From Chiloscyllium plagiosum (Eukaryota): a stretch of DNA of 41,009 bases. The notes beneath the pieces are model-generated. The model made no database searches, was not told where the DNA came from, and saw only the letters and a list, made by a program, of their open reading frames with translations. Where the stretch lies: positions 1,664,487 to 1,705,495 of the forward strand of contig NC_057752.1 of the NCBI RefSeq assembly GCF_004010195.1, given 5' to 3'. Numbering within the stretch: position 1 is the first letter of the stretch; the number at the start of each line of letters is the position of its first letter. Position numbers and translations under genes: made by a program. Shown one piece after another: positions 33,900 to 41,009 of the stretch.

Positions 33900-34250
33900 A
33901 AAACATCCTGCACGGCCCTTCGACGGAGAGAGTGCCACATTTTCACTACCGCTCGGTAGTGAAGAATCATTTCCCGATCTCAACTTTTGATGGCCCGGCT
34001 CCAGATTTAACATCTCACCCTCGTGTTCTGACTTCTCAGCATCTAATCCCTATCAAATCCCTTAATCATTTCAAGGAGGTCGATTAAGTCATCCCTCAAC
34101 TTTCAAACTCTCAAAAGGGAACGCAGACCAAGTTGATGCTGTCAGTCGTCAGAATTTAAGCCTTTAAGCCCCAGTATCATTCTGGTGAATCTGTGCCATA
34201 TTCCCTGCCTAAGGCCAAACTATCTTTCCTGAGGTGTGGTGCCTGCTGTG
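33900..34250 (-). mobile_element. Highly decayed CR1 fragment
   Basis: Residual gagagtgccaca...tcattctggtgaatct...gaggtgtggtgcc pattern. Confidence 0.5.
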
Positions 34251-34611
34251 TTCTTCTGAATACCATTCTCCCAGTGGGGATCAAGACCTGGACAACTGAA
34301 GGCCCACATCCCACCCTTTAGTTCTCCATCCAGCGCAAAATCACTTTGGTTTCGGTGCGTTAGCTTTTAGTGATTGGTTTAGCCTGGACAGACCTCTAAA
34401 TATTCCATCCCTCTGTCCTCCCACAGCCCCACTCAAAAAAGACCATGTTCCCCACCTCTGATCATATCAAAGGGCAAGTCAACGATGTTCCTGAAAGTAG
34501 TATCTTATAAAAGCAGAAGCGACAGGGTTAGTAGGAGCGACTATACAGCTCCTCAAATCTGCTTCATCAGTCCATGTGATTTGATCTTCTACCCAGATTC
34601 TACTCTTTTTA

Positions 34612-34918
34612 AGATTAGAATCCCTACAGTGTGGAAACAAGCCCTTCGGCCCAACTAGTCCACACCGACCCTCTGAAGAGTAACCCACCCAGACCCATTT
34701 CCCTCTGACTAATGCACCTAACACTACGGGCAATTTAGTATGGCCAATTCACCTAACCTGCACATCTTTGGATTATGGGAGGAAACCGGAGCACCTGGAG
34801 GAAACCCACGCAGACACGGGGAGAATGTATATACTCCACACAGTCGCCCGAGGCTGGAATCGAATCTGGGTCCCTGGCGCTGTGAGGCAGCAGTGCTAAC
34901 CACTGAACCACCATGCCA
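34612..34918 (-). mobile_element. HE1-type SINE
   Basis: Same family, reverse orientation. Confidence 0.88.
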
Positions 34919-34919
34919 C

Positions 34920-35395
34920 TTTTCTGCTCACTCCCCATATCCCTCGATTTTCTGAGACCAAAAAAATCAGTCTATCCTTATTCTTAAATATATTCAATGA
35001 TGGATCATCCACCTCCCTCTGGGGTATAAACATTTACCACCCCCTGAATAAAGAGATTTCTCTTCATTCCAGTCCAAAATGGCCGACCCCTTCTCCTGAG
35101 ACTGTGTCCCCGTGTACTAGATTCGCCAGTCAGGGTGAGGGGGTCATCCACTGACGACTGAGATGAGGAGGAATTTCTTCTCTCGGACAGGAGTGAATCT
35201 ATGGAATGTTTTACCCCAAGGGTTGCCGAGGGCGGGTCATTCAAGGCTGAGCTTGTTAGATTTTTAATCAGGAAGGGAATAAAGGGTGTATGTGGGAAAA
35301 GGCAGGAAAGTGGAGTTGGGGATGACCAGCTCCGCCATGATCTCACTGAGCAGACTTGACGGGCCTACTTCTGCTTCTACGTCTTATGGTGTACT
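34920..35395. mobile_element. Two abutting CR1 3' fragments in opposite orientation
   Basis: Minus-strand GESSTRGHSLRRRGRPF at about 34920-35130, followed by a plus-strand tail at about 35131-35395. Confidence 0.7.
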
Positions 35396-35639
35396 CGAAA
35401 CCAAGAAAAGTCAACCTTTTAATGAGAAACCTCCCCATTTCCTTATGAGACATGTCAATGTTTCCACAACGAATCCTTGTCATTCCCATTGCAGTTGCTC
35501 ATCAACTTGAATGTTCTTTGACTAACGTCAGTGATGGAGCCAGACCATGTTGAGCTGGACGCACCTGAGAACCACCTTTTTCACCTGAAGCACAAGTCAG
35601 GGATTACACTCTCTTTGTGGTGTTCGGAAGCACACGCTC

Positions 35640-36030
35640 AGAGAATAGGAAATAGGAGCAGGAGGAGGCCATTCAGCCCCCATTCAATAAGATCGTGACT
35701 TGCCTGATTGTGGTCTAAGCTCCCTTCTCTTGCCTGTCCCCCATAACCCTCCTGTTGTGAAGAAAGACCACTGGATCTGAAACGTCGACTCTGCTTTCTC
35801 TGCACAGAAGCTGCCAGACCTGCTGGGTTTCTCCAGCAACGTCTGAGTTTGCTCCCCGTAAACCTTGACTCCCTGGTCAATCAAAAATCCGTCAAACCCA
35901 GCCTCGAATTGATTCAACGGCCAACAATGGGGACGAGAATTCCAGAGACCCCCTGAGAGAGCAAGCTCTTCCTCATCCGCATCTGAAATGGCAGACTCCT
36001 TCCTTTGAAACGATTTTTGGAATGGGGGCC
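35640..36030 (-). mobile_element. CR1 3' tail
   Basis: aataggagcaggaggaggccattcagccc...gagaattccaga, reverse complement of the tail. Confidence 0.65.
35755..35852 (+). mobile_element. Penelope-like fragment inside a CR1 tail
   Basis: gtgaaga-aagaccactggatct-gaaacgtc followed by ctgctttctctgcacagaagctgccagacctgctg. Confidence 0.55.
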
Positions 36031-36339
36031 TCTGGAATCTGCATGGTGAGGGAAATAGTAAACGCCAGGGGTGGAGTCCTTCGAAATGGAGGGGCACTCT
36101 CCAACCTCGCCTTTCAAATGTGAAGCAATGGCCTTTTCGACGAGGCCATCTCTGGGACATGGAGAGCAGGTCTAAAAGGTATCCGGGGGCCAAAGCCGCA
36201 CTCAGCAGAACTACTCCAGAAAATAAACCTGCCAATCTGTCCCACAGATCGCACTTTTCTGAAAACTGGAGATATTTTCTTTTCCACCAACTGAAGTAGC
36301 CCGGCCTGAGGCAATCTGAGCGATGATGCCTCCTGACCA

Positions 36340-36850
36340 GTTCTGGTCACCCTGCTATAGGAAGGATATTATTAAATTGGAGAGGGTGCAGAAAAGATTT
36401 ACCAGGACTGGAGGGCTTGAGTTAAAAGGAGAGGCTGGATAGGCTGGGAGTATTTCTTTCCCTGGAGCATCAGAGGCTGAGGGGTGACCTTATAGAGGTT
36501 TATAAAATCATGAGGGGCATGGATAAAGTAAATGGTCAAGGTCTTTTCCCTGGGGTGGGGGAGTCCAGAACTAGCGGGGCATAGGTTTAGGGTGAGAGGG
36601 GAAAGATATAAAAGAGACCTAAGGGGCAACTTTTTCACGTAGAGGGTGGTACGTGTATGGAATGAGCTGCCAGAGGAAGTGGTGGAGGCTGGTACAATTA
36701 TAATCTTGAAAAGACATTTGGATGGGTATATGAATAGGAAAGGTAGAGAAGGATATGGGCCAAATGCAGGCAAGTGGGACTAGATTAGCTTGGGAAACTT
36801 AGTCCCTATAAACGAGTTGGACCGAAGGGTCTGTTTCCGTGCTGTATGTC
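36340..36850 (+). mobile_element. HER1/CR1 LINE 3' fragment
   Basis: Closely similar to 14060-14690. Confidence 0.9.
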
Positions 36851-36867
36851 AGCTGTCCAACAGAACA

Positions 36868-36986
36868 CTTTTGGTGCAGTGATAGTGTCCCTGCCTCTGG
36901 GCCGGGAGACCTGGTTTCAAGTCCCACGTGCCCCGGAGGTGTGTCCTCACATCCCTGAACAGATTGGTTAGGGGAATATCTACAAA
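36868..36986 (+). mobile_element. Short tRNA-derived SINE
   Basis: A box tggtgcagtga, B box ggtttcaagtccc. No complete cloverleaf. Confidence 0.5.
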
Positions 36987-37405
36987 CATGCAATAATGTT
37001 ACCAACTTCCCAAGTGCTGATTAAACCAGTCCAAGTACCTTTCTGCTGGCTGTTGGTGCAATGCGCATTTTCCCACGTAGGAACAGGAAATTCGCAAAAA
37101 ATCTCCCCCCCCCCAAAAAAAAACTCTGGGCAATTACGAGGAGGGAGGGGAAGCAGGAGGGTGATGCCAGTTTGGTTGGCGCGTGCCAAGAATGGGGCAG
37201 TTGTAAATGTGTGAGTTCTGATTGTGAATGGGAATAAAGGATGTTAGATTCCGACGGAAAGCTCCCCCCTCCACCCCCTTCCCAACCCCTCAGCTCAAAA
37301 CGGATGTTGAATTTGAACCATCTCCGGTGCTGAAAGGGGAGGTTTCTGTTTACCATCGGGCTAGTTCCTTGTTGTGTGGCAATGAAATGAAAGATCAGTA
37401 CCTAC

Positions 37406-38822
37406 CTTGTACAGGTCCACGGGGTGCCAGCCATTTTGTTCTTCAGGATGCACGTGGGAGTACTCATGGCACAAAGGGACAGTCGATGCCGGGTGAAATA
37501 CAGGGAGATTTGCACTCTTCCGGGGAGGTGTCGGGGAGCTGAAACATGGAAACAGAGTTCCGCTGGCTTGGCTCTCCCTGGAGAACCAGCTGGTTGCACT
37601 CTGAGTCTCTTGTCCGTAACTAGGGAGTGCAATTCCTGGATGACTGAAGTTTAGTCTGCTCTGCTGAGAGGGAGCTCCGCAGACCGTGACGTTTGCAGGG
37701 GTGGGTGCCAGGTTAAGGAGGGGTATGTTTTGCTGCGGTTCAGCTCTGCCGCTGTGTGGATCTCTCGGGTACCCACTGGCGCAGCTTGGGTTGAGCATGC
37801 CGATGGGCAATGGATTGGGATCACCAGGCTGCTGGAGATAACAGTCTGACTGCTGGCTGCACTGCTGCCAATGAACCCGCTGTGGCAGCTTTAGGTCCCG
37901 TCTGGCTGCCCGTTGCTCACAGCGGGCTTGCTGCTGCGCACATTGGCGCTGCGCAGGAGCCGGGCTCTGCGTGGGTGGCAGCCGCTGTGCAGGATGGGGC
38001 CACTGCCCTCTGTGCTGGCTGTGTTGCATTCTGTGCGCCAGGCTACAAGGTGGCACCAGCCCGTGGGTCAAGCGATTCACCTTTGACGGCGGTTGGGGCA
38101 TTGATGACGGGGCACTCGGCTGCCCAGAGGAGGATGGCATCCAAGGAGAGCCCTTACCCCTGTCTTGCGTGGTGTCTGAACGTTGAGCCAACTGGCGTCC
38201 TGGGCCCAAGTCTGGCTGCAGACTGTTCAGTGGGCAAGGGCCCAGCTCCTTCTTCTTGAGTGACTCCTGAACATAAGACAGGACCTGGTTGTTTGTGAGT
38301 ACGTCACTGAGGGGGCTTTCCGAAACTCCCTCCATGGTCAATGTGCTCTCCACCCAGTGCATCAGTTCCAGGTCCTCTGGTCCCAAGCTTTCCAGTACAT
38401 TTGGGAAGCCAGTAAATGCCTCATCATTGTCACCTTGTAGCATATCATCTAGCAGGGACAACAGGTCATCATCCTGCTTAAAGCTGCCCTCTTCCTCTTT
38501 GATGTTTTTCTCTCCATTCTGGGAACCCAGTGCACTCCCTCCCAGCTCAACCCCTCCACTGACCCGGCTGATGGAGTACTTCGGCTCAGTCGCTGGGGGT
38601 CTGATGTACACGGCCTTGTCTTGGCTCATCATGACTCCCAGAAGCGAGTTGGGATCCATGTATCCACTCTGTTGCACACTACTGTTGCTGCTCGCCGACG
38701 GAAAGGAACTGGTGAGGCCAAGCATTGGCAAACCATGGTCATAGAGCACAGCCTCTCCTGTTGAGAATGGAAGTGGAAACGGCATTGTCCGCTTCTGGAA
38801 GTGGTCCAGCCCTTCTTTATCT
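37406..38822 (-). CDS. AHR: Aryl hydrocarbon receptor (AHR2-like), large transactivation-domain exon equivalent to AHR exon 10
   Basis: Minus-strand acceptor cttcccacag| and donor |gtaggt. Begins DKEGLDHFQKRTMPFPLPFSTGEAVLY (human AHR DEEGTEHLRKR...FTTGEAVLY), then DPNSLLGVMMSQD, an acidic block, LTNNQVLSYVQESL, and Q- and P/S-rich regions. 1417 nt, phase 2 to 0, no stops. Confidence 0.93.
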
Positions 38823-39019
38823 CTGTGGGAAGAGAAGGGAGTTCCTTAAATTCTTGCGAGGTTTGAGAATAGAAAAATGGAGCGCAGTTATACGACATGC
38901 AAAGTGAGGGCTCCGGACCACACAATATCGTGAGAACATGTTTAAAGGAGCAGAGAGGAGGGTGGGAAGGAGGGGGAGGGAACAGGGTGTGATACCCAAG
39001 CTCAGCGTGTAATACGGAG

Positions 39020-40230
39020 GGTAAATGAAAGGTTGGCCTTTATTTCAAAGGGAATCGAGTATTTTTGTCTTATTCATTCACAGGCCGTAGGCGTTGTGGG
39101 CTGGCCAGCATTTATTGCCTGTCCCTAGTTGCCCTTGAGATTGTAAAAGTATGCAGGATTTGCTAAAACTGTCCAAGGCGCTAATCAGACCACAGCTGAA
39201 TGCTACAAAGAGCAATCCAGCACAGGGACAGGCCCTTCGGCCCTCTAAGCCTGCACTGACACATTTTGCCCTTCCATACTAAAACTGTCTTCACTTACAG
39301 GATCCGTATCCCTCTGATCCCTTCCTATTCATGTATTCGCTCGGGTGAATGCTGCTATTGTGTCTGCTTCCACCCCCTCCTCTGGCAGCGCATTCCAGGC
39401 ACACACCACCCTTTGTGTGAAAAACCTGCCTCACACATCTCTTTTAAACTCCCCCACCGCACCTTGAACCTGTGTCCCCTAGTAATGGACCCCTCCACCC
39501 TGGGGACAAAGCCTCATACTTCCCCACGCCTTTCATAATCTTCTATCAGGTCGCCCCTCAACCTCCTGCATTCCAGTGAAAACAAACCCAGTCTATCCAA
39601 CCTTTCTTCATCGCTAAAATCCCCCCCATACCAAGCAACATCCTGGTTATCCTTTACTGTCCCCTCTCCCAAAGCATCCACATCCTCCTGGTAGTGCGGT
39701 GACCAGAACCATACGTTGTCCACAAATACTGTGAACGGTTTTGGAGCCCTTAGCTAAGGAAGGCCATAATGCCATTGAAGGTAGTCTGAAGAAGATTTAC
39801 TCAGCTGATCCCAGGTATGGAACATCTTATCAGGAGAAGTTGAGTAGATTGGGCCTGTACTCATTGGAATAAGAAACAACCTTATTGAAAAATACACAAT
39901 TCTGAGGGAACCTGACAGGGTAGATGTTTCTGCTTGTGTGAGAGTCTAGGACCAGAGGGCATCATCTCAGAATAAGGGGTTGCCCATTGAAGCCAGAGAT
40001 GAGGAGGAATGTCTTCTCTCAGAGGGGAGTGAATCTGTGGAACTCTTTACCACAGAGGGCTGTCAAGGCTGCGTTATTATTCAAGGCTGAGTTTTACTCA
40101 GGAAGGGAATCAAGGGTGTATGGGGGAAAAGGCAGGAAAGTGGGGTTGAGGATGATTGGATCAGCCCCGATCTCATGAGATGAGAGAGCAGACTCGATGG
40201 GCTGAATGGCCCACTCCTGGTCTCACGGTA
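39020..40230. mobile_element. CR1 fragment (+) with nested minus-strand CR1 (about 39200-39722) and an L2-like tail (about 39062-39140)
   Basis: FWSPHYQEDVDAL...EERLDRLGLFSLECRRLRGDLIE on minus. EMRRNVFSQRGVNLWNSLPQRAV on plus. Confidence 0.82.
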
Positions 40231-40644
40231 TTAATACAACAGGACTGCAAAATCCAAGAGAAGTGAGAGAAAGAGAGATCGGGTAAGTGGGGTTAGAAGA
40301 GATTGAATGAACACGTAAGTGAAGAGGAAGCATGTTATTGTTCAAGGCACCAGCTCTGGGCAGAGCAGTAGTGAACCTGTGCAGCAACATCAAAGCGTTC
40401 ACTCATTGCAACAGCAGTGTGTACATTCAACTCACCCCCGTCCCTGCCCCCCAGTATTGCAGGAACAATGCTGAATATCTGAAATAGCTTTTGCATCTGA
40501 ATACACTGACAAGATCAACACCGCTACACATTTCTTTTCAGAGTCGCTGAAGGAATCAGTTCGAACATTGGTCTGCTCCAGGAAAATAGGGTTTGCTTTT
40601 TAGTGTGTTAGCTCAGTGAGGTGTAACGTAAGGAGGGAAACAAA

Positions 40645-41009
40645 AATGACTTATACACTTAATGGTGAGGTCCTGGGGAGTGTTGCTGAACAGAGAGACC
40701 TTGGAGTGTAGGTTCATAGCTCTTGGAAAGTGGAGTCGCAGGTAGATAGGAGAGTGAAGAAGGCATTTGGTATGCTTTCCTTTATTGGTCAGAGTATTGA
40801 GTACAGGAGTTGGGAGGTCATGTTGCGGCTGTACAGGACATTGGTTAGTCCACTGTTGGAATATTGCGCGCAATTCTGGTCTCCTTCCGAGTGAAAGATG
40901 TTGTGAAACTTTTGAAAGGGTTCAGAAAAGATTTACAAGGATGTTGCCAGGGTTGGAGGATTTGAGCTGTAGGGAGAGGCTGAACAGGCTGGGGCTGTTT
41001 TCCCTGGAA
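40645..41009 (+). mobile_element. HER1/CR1 LINE fragment running off the window
   Basis: Near-identical to about 32630-32860 and 14045-14175. Confidence 0.9.

Noticed and set aside
36114..36350. Alternative AHR terminal exon candidate
   Set aside because: Starts at a CR1 boundary, lacks a pyrimidine tract and has no AHR-like residues. 32399-32316 fits better.
37810..38744. Plus-strand ORFs of 149 and 151 aa
   Set aside because: Antisense shadows of the GC-rich AHR exon.

Overview
Eukaryotic vertebrate genomic DNA, not prokaryotic. The HE1-type SINEs, HER1/CR1 LINEs and Deu-SINE relics point to a shark; the species cannot be determined from the sequence. The + strand carries 11 consecutive internal coding exons (185-19181) of a laminin-binding integrin alpha of the ITGA6/ITGA7 subfamily. 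They run from the last FG-GAP repeat through thigh and calf-1 into calf-2, and their phases join into one open frame. The last visible exon ends at a GC donor. I could not find the remaining calf-2, transmembrane and GFFKR exons after an exactly 500-N scaffold gap. The - strand carries the 3' end of an aryl hydrocarbon receptor gene (AHR2-like): the large transactivation exon 38822-37406 and a probable terminal exon 32399-32316, convergent with the integrin. The rest is intron or intergenic DNA full of retroelement relics, plus a 21 x 37-bp minisatellite. The most interesting signal is a set of short, mostly palindromic Penelope-like retroelement insertions carrying minimal hammerhead ribozyme cores (CUGANGA...GAAA-CG-UC). 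The clearest is a 533-bp fold-back element at 28349-28881 with a 13-bp TSD and an intact core. This class of element is known in general; I see no evidence for a wholly new system. Most ORFs in the supplied track are spurious or repeat-derived. Repeat boundaries are approximate unless a TSD is given.
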